DNA of 41,273 bases from an uncultured delta proteobacterium (GTDB taxonomy: Bacteria > Myxococcota > Kuafuiibacteriia > Kuafuiibacteriales > Kuafuiibacteriaceae). Where the stretch lies: NCBI GenBank assembly GCA_963803435.1, contig CAWDML010000016.1, forward strand, positions 1 to 41,273, written 5' to 3'. The position numbers and the translations under genes are program-made. Under the pieces are notes generated by a model. It was given only the letters and a program-made list of their open reading frames with translations, had not been told where the DNA came from and searched no databases. This document shows positions 1 to 9,539 of this stretch, piece by piece (position 1 is the first letter of the stretch; the number at the start of each line of letters is the position of its first letter).

Positions 1-1095
1 TGATGAGCCGACGATGAACGCCTCCAGCTTGTCGCGGGCCACGGTGTCGCGCATCTGCTGCGGGGGGTGCTTCATCAGGTATGCGCTCGCCTCGAGGAGG
101 GGGCCACCGATGCCGCGCTCCTTGGCGAGCTTGGCGAGGCGGATCGCGTCGATTCCCACGCCCGCGCGAGTTGGGCGAGTCCTCCACCGACAACCGCAGT
201 TCAAAGTTCCATGGGCACGTCGCCGAACAGCTTTCCCCCTCCATACGCAGGAAACAGACCTTGTTGTCTTTTTGCCACGCACATAGTCGCAGGGCCCGAC
301 GTGGATGTCTCTTTGGCCGCGAGGCGGGCTCGCGCTGGCGACTGCACTGCCTCGGTTTTGGATCTGCTTTTTGTCTCGAGGCGTTCTAGCGGTCCAGCAT
401 GTTTAGGAAGTCGGTGTTGCCGCCGGTATTGAGTTGGTAGGTGCTCTCATTTTTATACCCCTATTTAGTGGAACAGATCAGTGAGGGTCCGATGCACGAT
501 GGTGGCTCCCACCTGCGCTCTTGATGTTGTCGCCGATGATGGGGAGGTTTTTCTTTTTGAAATGTTCCGCCCAGACGGGATCGCTGGCGATAAACACGGG
601 AATGTTGTTGACCATGCCGACGCCGGCGTCGAGGCACGCTTGGGCGTAGCCAAGTGGCGAATCGCCATCTCGGAGCCCACCGGCAGGTAGCAGACGAGGA
701 CTTCTGCGCCCGTGTCCTTGAGGACCTTCGCGACATCCACCGGCTTTTGACTCGGCCACCCGGAAGGCCTGAGCGTCGGGATAGTTGGCCATGTGGGCCG
801 GGACGCCGTCGTGGACCGGACCCATCGGGACGGTGACGCCGCTCCGCGGGAGCTCCTGCTGGAAGATCCTGGTGTTGTTCGGGTCTGCGAACATCGCCTC
901 TTCCGGGCTTACCGACCTTGCGCGGTCGACGTCGAACGCCGCCACCACCTTCACATTCTCCAGCCGATAGCCGCCGATCTCGGGATGCATCAGGCCCGCC
1001 GATGTCGCCGAACAATCCTTGTAATACTCGAGGCCTTCAACCAAGGAGCTCGCGCAGTTCCCTACACCCGCGATCGCGAGCTTCAGCGTCTTCAT
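1..1095 (-). CDS. ino1: myo-inositol-1-phosphate synthase (frameshifted in this sequence; 3' end runs off the window)
   Basis: N-terminus MKTLKLAIAGVGNCASSLVEG (Rossmann motif) follows an AAGGAG SD. Also VAAFDVD, VLVCYLPVGSE, NNIPVFIASDP, GDNIKS-VGATIVHR, and the C-terminus IDAIRLAKLAKERGIGGPLLEASAYLMKHPP read from bases 1-153. Several indels fall between ~150 and ~750. Confidence 0.9.
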
Positions 1096-1208
1096 CTGAC
1101 TCCTTTCCCGGGGCAGAGGGGCTCTACCACCGAATCGAGCGGCGGTTCGCCCTTTCCACGGCGTGACGGCACACAAATTCGCTCGCGTCAGGATTTGTAA
1201 AGTGGGAT

Positions 1209-1732
1209 CTATTGGTCGGGCTTCGTCGCGATCGCCAGGTTCTTCAGACCTGCGTTGCGGGCGGATTCCATCACCTCGACGACGCGCCGGTGATCGCTCG
1301 GCGTCCGCCTGGACCAGGACCCCTTCGAGGCGTTCTTCCCTTCGCCTCTTCGGTGACACGGTCTGCTGGAGCTCGGTCGGAGAGACCTGCTCGCCCCGGG
1401 CCAGAACCGTCCCGTCGGCGAGGATCGCCATGACCAGATCGTCGCTGGCCGACGCCACCTCGTCGCTCTCGGATCCGGTCGGCAGGTTGACCTTGAAGCC
1501 GGCGCCCTGGCCCTGACCGGCCTCGAGGATCGCGGTGCTGGTCGCCATGAGGATCACCAGGAGCACCAGCATGATGTCGACGAGCGGGACGATGTTGATG
1601 TCGGTGAAGGATCCCTGCTCGGAGATCTCACCTCGTCGAGGCTCTGCTCCTTGGGACCTGCGCCACCCATCGATCGACCTCGCTGCCGGCGACCTGAGGC
1701 GTCGCGAGCTGGATCTCGGACGAGTCGGTCAT
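1209..1732 (-). CDS. exbD: ExbD/TolR family biopolymer transport protein (frameshifted)
   Basis: Contains the INIVPLVDIMLVLLVILM TM signature, VNLP, VLVQAD, and VVEVMESARNAGLKNLAIAT* in a shifted frame. The ATG overlaps the upstream gene stop (ATGA at 1729-1732). Confidence 0.85.
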
Positions 1733-2413
1733 CGCCGCGGGACGCTGGGGCGGAGGCGGCCGCTCGCCGACGCGCAGGCCTCGAGCCGCTCGAGGAACTC
1801 GTCGACCACCAGCTTCACCTCGATCGCCGAACGGTTCCGCGTGACTGGAAGTAGTTGAAGAACGCCACCGCCAGGACCGCGACGCCGATACCGCCGGCCG
1901 TTGCGACGAGCGCCTGCGAAACGCCCTCTGCGACCACCGAGAAGCCACCGGCGCCGCTGACGGCGATCGAGCGAAACGCGCGGATGATGCCGACCACCGT
2001 GCCGAACAGACCGACGAACGGCGCGAGCGCGCCCATCGTGCCGAGCGCCCACAAACGCTTCTTCATCCACAGGCTGAAGCGCTGTCGCTCGCGCTCGGCC
2101 GCACGATGGATCGACTCGCCCGGACGGTTCACCTTGTTGAGCGCAGCGATCAGGATGTCGGCGACGGGGAGCTGCTCCGCTCACAGACCGTGCGCGCCGC
2201 CTGAAGATCTCCGTGATAGAGCGCCTTGCCGGCCTCGGTCCCCAGGTCGCGCGCGTTCTCGATCAAGCGCCAGAACGTCCACAGCTGCTCGAGCGCCAGC
2301 GCGAACACGAGGATGGATCCCGCGAGGATCAAAACCATCGCCAGCGGGCTGATCGCCGCGAAGGCCTGGGTGGCAACGGACGGATCGGGCGGCGTCACTT
2401 GAAGAGGCGTCAT
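1729..2413 (-). CDS. MotA/TolQ/ExbB proton channel family protein (frameshifted)
   Basis: LWALGTMGALAPFVGLFGTVVGIIRAF...VVAEGVSQALVATAGGIGVA is the family signature. The N-terminal TM is in ORF 2150..2470 and the C-terminus is in ORF 1729..2184. Confidence 0.88.
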
Positions 2414-2657
2414 CGGCTCTATATGTACGGTCTTTGGGCTCGATTGGACTGTCAAGCGCGCGGGCGGCACTCCGCTTCCAAATTCGAGTGGTTACCAACA
2501 TCCCCAGAGCTACAACCGCCATCTCGAGCGGAATCCTCCAGCCACCGACCTCGACCGCAGAGAGCACGTAGAACCCGACGCCGAGGATCACACCACCGGC
2601 GAGCAGACCGCCGAAGTATGCCCCGCGTGCGACCGTGGCAGAGCTGGGGCCGGACAT
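2414..2657 (-). CDS. small two-TM membrane protein, hypothetical (3' end uncertain)
   Basis: ATG lies 3 nt after the dnaJ stop. Two hydrophobic segments: GAYFGGLLAGGVILGVGFYVL and IPLEMAVVALGMLVTT. The computed ORF runs on into the exbB-like gene, probably because of an indel. Confidence 0.45.
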
Positions 2658-2660
2658 CGC

Positions 2661-3839
2661 TCAATCGCCTTCGAACGCGTCCCGGATCCGATCGAAGATG
2701 CCGGGCTTCTTGGTTCTTCGCTTGGTCTCGCGGCGCTCGGGTCCGTCCGCAGAGACTTCGGACTCGGTCGGGAGGACCTCGGCGAGGGTGTCGAGGACCT
2801 TCTTCTGTTTCTCGTTGAGGCGCTTCGGCACGGCGATGGTGAGGTGGACCAGCAGATCGCCGACGCCGCGCCCGCCCAGCCGGGGCAAGCCTGCGCCCTC
2901 AATCCGGATGACGTCGCCCGGCTGCATCCCGGCGGGGATTGTCACGGCGACCTCGCCCTCCACCAGGCGGGGCACCTTCGCCTTGCCGCCGATGCAAGCG
3001 GTGGGGAAGCCGACGGACAGCTCGCAGTGCAGATTGGCCGCGTCGCGGACGAACATGTGGTGCTCTTTGACCGAGATGAAGACGTAGAGATCGCCGGGCG
3101 GACCGCCGAAGCGACCGGCGTCGCCCTCGCCCTGGAGCCGGAGCCGAACGCCGGTGTCGACGCCGGGCGGAACCTTGACCTCGAGCTTCTTGGTCTCCTC
3201 GATCGCGCCCTGCCCTTCGCAGTCGGGGCAGACCTCGCGGGGCGCACGACCTCTCCCGCCGCAGGCTCGACAGGTGGTCGCGATCATGAAACCGCCGCGG
3301 CCCTGCACGACCTGACCGCGGCCGCCGCAGGCGGCGCACGTGACCATCTCGGCGTCCTTCGCGCCGGTGCCCATGCAGTTCCTGCAAGGTGCGTTGCGGG
3401 CGATCTCGATCTGGCGGGTCGCGCCCTTGAGCGCCTCCTCCAGGGAGATGCTCATATCGAAGCGCAGATCGGCGCCGACCGTGGGGCGAGGGCCGCGGCT
3501 GGCGCCACCGAAGGCGAAGCCGCCGCCGCCGAAGAACTCGGAGAAGATGTCGCCGAAGTGGGAGAAGATGTCGCCGAGGTCGCCGGTGAAGTTCGGATTG
3601 AACCCGCCGGTCCGGAGGCCATCGAAGCCTGCGCGATCGTAGATTGCCCGCTTCTGGTCGTCGGAGAGGACCTCGTAGGCCTCGGCCGCCTCCTTGAAGC
3701 TCTCCTCGGCAGCGTGGTCGCCGGGGTTCCGATCCGGGTGGTACTTGAGAGCCAGCTTGCGGTACGAGGACTTGATGGTGCGCTGGTCGGCGTCCCGAGG
3801 AACGCCCAGCACCTCGTAGTAGTCCCTCTTTTGGCTCAT
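2661..3839 (-). CDS. dnaJ: chaperone DnaJ
   Basis: J-domain ([11 protein letters not shown]), G/F region with DIF motifs, four CxxCxGxG repeats, and a C-terminal domain (GPPGDLYV). Confidence 0.97.
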   Translation of the reverse strand: MSQKRDYYEVLGVPRDADQRTIKSSYRKLALKYHPDRNPGDHAAEESFKEAAEAYEVLSDDQKRAIYDRAGFDGLRTGGFNPNFTGDLGDIFSHFGDIFSEFFGGGGFAFGGASRGPRPTVGADLRFDMSISLEEALKGATRQIEIARNAPCRNCMGTGAKDAEMVTCAACGGRGQVVQGRGGFMIATTCRACGGRGRAPREVCPDCEGQGAIEETKKLEVKVPPGVDTGVRLRLQGEGDAGRFGGPPGDLYVFISVKEHHMFVRDAANLHCELSVGFPTACIGGKAKVPRLVEGEVAVTIPAGMQPGDVIRIEGAGLPRLGGRGVGDLLVHLTIAVPKRLNEKQKKVLDTLAEVLPTESEVSADGPERRETKRRTKKPGIFDRIRDAFEGD

Positions 3840-3848
3840 CGAACCTCG

Positions 3849-3879
3849 TTGTTAGGCACCGCACCGTCCCGAGTCAAAC
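3849..3879 (-). promoter_or_regulatory. putative sigma70-type promoter of dnaJ overlapping a degenerate CIRCE-like inverted repeat
   Basis: The minus strand reads TTGACT-N17-TAACAA (3877-3872 / 3854-3849). The same bases read gtttgACTC-N9-cgGTGCcta against CIRCE TTAGCACTC-N9-GAGTGCTAA. Confidence 0.35.
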
Positions 3880-3938
3880 GTTCGTTGGGAGGACGAAACG
3901 AATTTGCGCTAGCAACTTCCCTGGGTTAGAGGACGGCG

Positions 3939-5674
3939 ATGCTGGGTCGACGACGCGCGGATACCGCGATCGGATGCGCGCTCTTCTTGTTGGCTGGCTG
4001 CTCCACGCAGAAAGTCGCGCCGCCTCCGCCACCGCCGCCCCCTCGCGCAGAGATCGTGCTCTCCGGTGGCACGATCGTCAGCGACGCGCACCCCGGCGCC
4101 ACCGCGGTCGCGGTCGACGCGGGGCGAATCGTAGAGATCGGATCGGACGACGAGGTGAAGTCGTGGATCGGGGAGCAGACCCGGGTGGTCTCACTCGCAG
4201 GGCGCACGGTCGTGCCCGGCTTGGTGGACGCGCACGTCCATCTCGCCGGCGTCGGCGCCAAGCGGTTCGCGGTGGATCTGATCGGAACCAAGACGCTCGA
4301 CGCGGTGAAGCAGAAGGTCGCAGAGGCGGTCGCGAGCGCAGCGCCCGGTGAATGGATCCGCGGCCGCGGCTGGGATCAGAACGACTGGGAGGGCTTCGAT
4401 CTGAAGCGCCAGAAGTTTCCCACGGCGGCGGATCTCGACGGTATCGCGCCGAACAACCCGGTCGTGCTGACGCGCATCGACGGCCACGCGATCTGGGTGA
4501 ACACGCGTGCGATGAAGATCGCAGAGGTCGATGGCCGGACCCGCGTGCCCGGCGGAGAGATCGTGAAGGTCCGCGGACGTCCCAGCGGCATCTTCGTCGA
4601 CAACGCGATGGCGCTGATCGGGCGCCACGTCCCGACCCTGACCGGAGCGCAGCTCGAGCAGGCGCTGCTCTTGGCCCAGGACGAGTGCATCCGGGCCGGC
4701 CTGACCCAGGTGCAGGACATGGGCATGCCGCTCGAGACCATCGCGGCGATGAAGAAGCTCGACGCCGACGGCCGCCTCAAGCTCCGCGTCTACGTGATGC
4801 ACGACTGGACCGAGCCGGACTCGGATCTCACCCTCGAGGAGGCGCCGATTATCCCGCCTCCCGGCTCGCCCTCCCGGCTCACGATCCGAGGCGTCAAGCT
4901 CATGGTCGACGGCGCCCTCGGCTCCCGCGGCGCCGCCCTGCTGGCCCCCTACTCCGACGACCGCCGGAACAAGGGTCACCTCAACCTCCCGCCCGACGAG
5001 ATCGAGAGGCGCGTCCGGATGGCCGAGTCCAAAGGGTTCCAGGTGGCCACCCACGCCATCGGGGACCTGGGCAACCGCACGGTCCTCGACACCTACGAGA
5101 AGGTCTTCGCCGGCAAAGCCTGGCGGGCCCGCCCCGCATCGAGCACGCGCAGGTGCTCGAGCCCGACGACATCGGTCGCTTCGGCAAGCTCGGGATCATC
5201 GCCTCCATCCAGCCCACCCACGCCACCAGCGACATGCCCTGGGCGGAGGATCGCCTCGGCCCCGAGCGGATCAAGGGCGCGTACGCCTGGCAGTCGCTGC
5301 TGACCAGCAGCGCGACGGTCGCCGCCGGGAGCGACGCACCCGTCGAGGACGTCTCCCCGATCCTCGGCCTCTATGCGGCGATCACGCGGAAGAACGAGTT
5401 CGGCGAGCCCGAGGAGGGCTGGTACGCCGACCAGCGGATGACCCCCACGCAAGCGCTGGACGCGTTCACCAAGGGCGCCAACTACGCCGCGTTCCAGGAG
5501 GACCACCTGGGACGCATCGAGAAGGGCTACACCGCCGATCTCACCGTGTTGGATCGAAACCCGCTCACCGCCAACGAGAGCGACCTGGTCGCAACCCGCG
5601 CGACCATGACGATCATCGGCGGCGAGATCGCGTACGAGAAGCCGCCCCAAGTCGCGACCTCGACCACCCCCTGA
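3939..5674 (+). CDS. YtcJ-like metal-dependent amidohydrolase (Amidohydro_3), lipoprotein; one frameshift near 5125
   Basis: Lipobox LLAGC, then PGLVDAHVH, RIDGHAIWVN, KLMVDGALGSRGA and HAIGD. It continues in the second frame with RIEHAQ, QPTHATSD and GSDAPV. Confidence 0.92.
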
Positions 5675-5697
5675 GGGGGCCGTTGCAAGGCGCCAAA

Positions 5698-5719
5698 GCC
5701 GTGCCTCCGTGGGCACGGC
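5698..5719. terminator. GC hairpin between convergent genes (possible terminator)
   Basis: GCCGTGCC-tccgtg-GGCACGGC, an 8-bp stem with no clear U-tract. Confidence 0.3.
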
Positions 5720-5727
5720 GGAACAGG

Positions 5728-6384
5728 TTACCTCCCGCGCGCGTCGTGCCACAGGAGCTTATGGAGCTGGAGGTTGATGCGGACGTCCACGCCCTCCGCC
5801 AGGATCCACTCGGCCAGCGCACGGGCCTCGAGCCGTCCATGGACCGGTGACGCGTGGAGCGGGACGCGCCCCTGGAGGCGGTGCTCGCGGACCACCGACA
5901 GCATCCACTCGAAGTCGATCCGATCGGCCAGGACGAACTTCAGCTCGTCGCCGTCGCGGAGCCGATCGAGGTTGTCCCAGTCGTTCTGCTGGGTCTCGCC
6001 GCTCCCGGGTGCCTTCAGATCCATGATCCGGCGGACGCCCGGGGGCATGAGGTCGATGTTTCGCTCGCCGCTGGTCTCGCAGAGCACCGTATAGCCCTCG
6101 TCGAGGAGGCGTTGCGCCAGCACGGGCGCGCCCTTCTGGAGGAGCGGCTCACCGCCGGTGATCTCGACCAGCTTCGTGGGGTGCGCGCGTACGGCCTCCA
6201 GGATCTGATCGATGGTCATCGTGACGCCCCCGGTGAAGCTGTATTCGGTGTCGCACCAGACGCAACGCAGGTTGCACCCCATGAGGCGAACGAAGCTGCA
6301 GGGGCGTCCGGCGAAGCTCGACTCGCCCTGGACCGAGAAGAAGATCTCGGTGATGCGCAGCCGATCCCGATCCATCGGGGTCAT
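5728..6384 (-). CDS. queE: 7-carboxy-7-deazaguanine synthase (radical SAM)
   Basis: EIFFSVQGE, FVRLMGCNLRCVWCDT (CxxxCxxC), ITGGEPLLQ, and C-terminal LQLHKLLW. Confidence 0.93.
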   Translation of the reverse strand: MTPMDRDRLRITEIFFSVQGESSFAGRPCSFVRLMGCNLRCVWCDTEYSFTGGVTMTIDQILEAVRAHPTKLVEITGGEPLLQKGAPVLAQRLLDEGYTVLCETSGERNIDLMPPGVRRIMDLKAPGSGETQQNDWDNLDRLRDGDELKFVLADRIDFEWMLSVVREHRLQGRVPLHASPVHGRLEARALAEWILAEGVDVRINLQLHKLLWHDARGR

Positions 6385-8277
6385 TCATATCACGTCGTCT
6401 ACGCCTCTGAGATCGCGAATGCGGAGCTCCAGGTTCCACAGGCCGGCGTACTCGTTCTTCTCCAGGTAACAGGCGAGATCGATCGGGCGCTCCTTGAGGT
6501 CGGGCTCCAGCTCGCCGCGCTTGAAGGCGATGGCGTCGAGGCCGCCGAAGCGGCCCTCGTGAAGGCGCATCTTGAGGTGCTCGCCGCCGACCACGCGAGT
6601 GGTGCGGACGCGAACGTTCGTCATGCGGAAGAGCGGCTCAGGGTTGCCGTTCCCGAACGGCTCGAGCTGCTGGATCTCGCGGAAGCACGAGTCGTCGACG
6701 TCGCCCGGCGCGAGCTCGTCGTCGTAGACCAGGGTGGCCTCGAAGTGGGTCGCAAACTCGGGATCCTGCCCGATCCGCGAGGCGAGCGCGGCCGCGAAAG
6801 CCTCGACGTTGCGGAACGGGATGCGAAGACCCGCCGCCGCTCGATGGCCGCCGAACTTGGTCAGGAGCTCGGCGCAGTCCGAGATGGCGTCGTACAGGTG
6901 GATGCCGCGGGCGGTGCGTGCGCTCCCGCGGCCGCCCTCGCCGATCAGCACCGCGGGCCGGTCGTAGCGCTCGACCAGACGCGACGCCACGATCCCGACC
7001 ACGCCCGGGTGCCAGGTCTCGTCCGAGAGCACGATCGCCTCCGGCAACGACGGCATCCGATCGATGAGCTGGATCGCGGACTCGAGCACGTCGCCCTCGA
7101 TCAGCTTGCGGTTGCCGTTGGCGGCGTCCAGAGCTTCGGCCAGACGGCGCGCCTCCTTGATGTCGTCGGAGAGCATCAAGCGCACGCCCACGGTGGCGTC
7201 GGCGAGCCGGCCCGCCGCGTTGATGCGCGGTCCCAGCTTGAACCCGACGTCGCTGCTCGAGACCTGCTGCGGCCGAACCCGGGAGACCTCCATCAACGCG
7301 CGCACCCCGGCGCGGCGTGCCCACCGCAGCTCGTCGAGCCCGTACCAGGCGAGGGTCCGGTTGACGCCGACCAGCGGGACCATGTCGCAGATGGTGCCCA
7401 TCGCCACCAGATCCAGGTAGCGCCGCAGGTTGGGCTCGGCCCCCGGGGCCCGCTCGGGCGAAGCCCTCGCACCCGACTCCGCTCGCGGGAGCTCGCTGCG
7501 CGCTTCGCTTGCCCCCGGGGCCCGCTCGGGCGAAGCCCTCGCACCCGACTCCGCTCGCGGGAGCTCGCTGCGCGCTTCGCTTGCCCCCGTGTACCAGTGG
7601 CGCTCGCGCAAGACCTTTCTCAGCCCGATCGCCAGGTTGAACGTGACGCCGACGGCGGCCAGGACCTTCTCCGGATACGCGCAGTCGGCCTGCTGCGGAT
7701 TCAGCGTGGCGTACGCCGGCGGGAGGTCGGGGGGGCAGCGGTGGTGATCGACCACGATGCAGTCGATGCCGAGATCGTTGGCCCGTCCGATCTCGTCTGC
7801 CGCCGTGATCCCGCAGTCCAGCGTGACCAGCACCTTGGTGCCGTCCCCGGCGATCTTCTCGACGGCCTCCCGGTTGAGCCCGTAGCCCTCGATCAGACGC
7901 TTGGGGATGTAGATCGCCGGTTCCAACCCGTGGAGGCGGAGGAAGGCCGCCAAGAGGGAGGTCGAGGTGACCCCGTCGACGTCGTAGTCGCCGTACAGCG
8001 TGACGCGCTCCTGCCGAGCGACGGCGTCTGCGAGGCGGTTGGAGGCGCGCTCCAGCCCCTTCATCGTGAACGGCTCCGGCAGATCCGACAGCCGCGGGCT
8101 CAGATACCTCCGGGCCATCTCCGCGTCGGTGACACCCCGCCGCACCAGCAGGCGCGCCGCCCGGGGGCTCAGCCCCAAGGTCACGGCCAGCGCCTCCACC
8201 GCGGCCTCATCGAGCTCTTTCTTGATCCACCGTCGTTCGACCGCCTCCGCCATCCGCGGGACGGATGCTAGGGGCAC
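6385..8277 (-). CDS. recJ: ssDNA-specific exonuclease RecJ with a 48-aa repeat insertion (alternative start 8253)
   Basis: YGDYDVDG, TLDCG, DHH, LDLVAMGTICD, GPRINAAGRL, GSAR and GGHRAAAG. It sits downstream of secF, a common arrangement. Confidence 0.96.
   Translation of the reverse strand: MPLASVPRMAEAVERRWIKKELDEAAVEALAVTLGLSPRAARLLVRRGVTDAEMARRYLSPRLSDLPEPFTMKGLERASNRLADAVARQERVTLYGDYDVDGVTSTSLLAAFLRLHGLEPAIYIPKRLIEGYGLNREAVEKIAGDGTKVLVTLDCGITAADEIGRANDLGIDCIVVDHHRCPPDLPPAYATLNPQQADCAYPEKVLAAVGVTFNLAIGLRKVLRERHWYTGASEARSELPRAESGARASPERAPGASEARSELPRAESGARASPERAPGAEPNLRRYLDLVAMGTICDMVPLVGVNRTLAWYGLDELRWARRAGVRALMEVSRVRPQQVSSSDVGFKLGPRINAAGRLADATVGVRLMLSDDIKEARRLAEALDAANGNRKLIEGDVLESAIQLIDRMPSLPEAIVLSDETWHPGVVGIVASRLVERYDRPAVLIGEGGRGSARTARGIHLYDAISDCAELLTKFGGHRAAAGLRIPFRNVEAFAAALASRIGQDPEFATHFEATLVYDDELAPGDVDDSCFREIQQLEPFGNGNPEPLFRMTNVRVRTTRVVGGEHLKMRLHEGRFGGLDAIAFKRGELEPDLKERPIDLACYLEKNEYAGLWNLELRIRDLRGVDDVI
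7439..7589. repeat. exact 72-bp tandem repeat (2 copies plus a 7-bp GCCCCCG) with internal palindromes, in frame inside recJ
   Basis: The unit gcccccggggcccgctcgggcgaagccctcgcacccgactccgctcgcgggagctcgctgcgcgcttcgctt starts at 7439 and 7511, and GCCCCCG recurs at 7583. It encodes GASEARSELPRAESGARASPERAP twice. Confidence 0.95.
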
Positions 8278-8325
8278 TGATCACCGAGGTAAAGGGGTGA
8301 CGGTGAAGGGAACGGTTTCGGGCGC

Positions 8326-9526
8326 TCAGACCGGCAGCGTCTTGCCGCGCGGGCTCTTCTTCTCTGCGAACTCCCGAGGGCCGAATCGCTCGCGGAGGTA
8401 CATGAAGATCGGCGTGGCCACGAAGACCGACGAGTAGGTCCCGAGGACGATGCCGATCATCATCAGCAGCCCGAACTCGGCCAACACGGTGCCACGACCG
8501 AAGATCACCAGGCAGAGGCAGGAGAGCAGCGTCGTCAACGAGGTCCCGATCGTACGATTGAGCGTCTCGTTGATCGCGCGGTTCAGCGTCTCCTTGAGGG
8601 CCGCGCCCTTGGTCTTACCCATGGTCTCGCGGATGCGGTCGAACACGACGATGGTGTCGTTGATCGAGTAGCCGACCAGGGTCAGCACACCTGCGATCGT
8701 CGCCAGCGAGAACTCGGCCCCGATCATGGTCAGGATCGCGACGGTGATGATGGCGTCGTGGAACAGGCACAGCACCGCGCCCGGCGAGTAGAAGAAGTCG
8801 AAGCGCAGCGCGACGTAGATGAGGATGCAGATCAGCGCGTAGAGCACCGCCAGCATGCCGTCGTTGCGGAGCTGCTTGCCGACCGTCGGACCGACGAACT
8901 CCACGTTCGGCGCCGTCACGGCCGGATCGAGCTTCTTCATGGCCCGGACCAGCTCGACGTCGACGCCCTTCAACACGATCCGATACACCGGGGGATCCAG
9001 CTTGCCGATCTGCCGGACATTGCCGACCTGATGGCCGGCGCCCTCCACCACGCTCTGCAGCTTCTCGTTCGAGAGATCCACCGACATGGTGGCGCCTTCC
9101 ACGAACTGTGCCTCCAGCACGTCGCCGGCCTCCGGGTTGTACGAGAACTTGGTGAGCTTGTCGCCGTAGGTCTGCTGGAACGCCGCCTCGAGGTTCTTCA
9201 GCTGCTCGGGGCTGAGCGTCTCCGGGCGCTCGATGCGGGTGAGGAAGAACGTCTTGTCGGCCTCGGTGGGCACCTCGTACGACTGCACGGAGGTGTCGAT
9301 CCCGGGGAACAGCTTGTTGAGCTCGGTCCGCACCTCGGACGCCGTCACCGGCTTCTCGAACCTGAGGAGGATTCTGATGTCCGCCCGCGAAGTCGAGGCC
9401 GAGGTTGAGGCCCATGACGAAGAGCAGGATCAGCGCCGACACGAAGGCGCCGATCGAGACCATGAAGAACGTGCCCGACTTGCCGATGAAGTCGTACTTG
9501 GTGCCGGGTTTGACGAGATAAAACAT
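8326..9526 (-). CDS. secF: protein translocase subunit SecF (frameshift near 9370)
   Basis: N-terminus MFYLVKPGTKYDFIG...GLNLGLDFAGG. C-terminal part has VGPTVGKQL, GYSINDTIVVFDRIRE and GTYSSVFVA. Confidence 0.95.
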
Positions 9527-9539
9527 GGGTTCCTCCCGG

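Noticed and set aside
478-1572. Apparent ExbD-inositol phosphate synthase fusion ORF
   Set aside because: An indel near 1350 lets the frame read through. The ExbD C-terminus and stop (1209) are in another frame, and ino1 has its own SD and ATG at 1095.
6381-6390. preQ1 riboswitch ahead of queE
   Set aside because: queE starts immediately after the recJ stop, leaving no leader.
7439-7589. Repeat as a CRISPR array
   Set aside because: Contiguous identical units with no spacers, inside a CDS, and no cas genes in the window.
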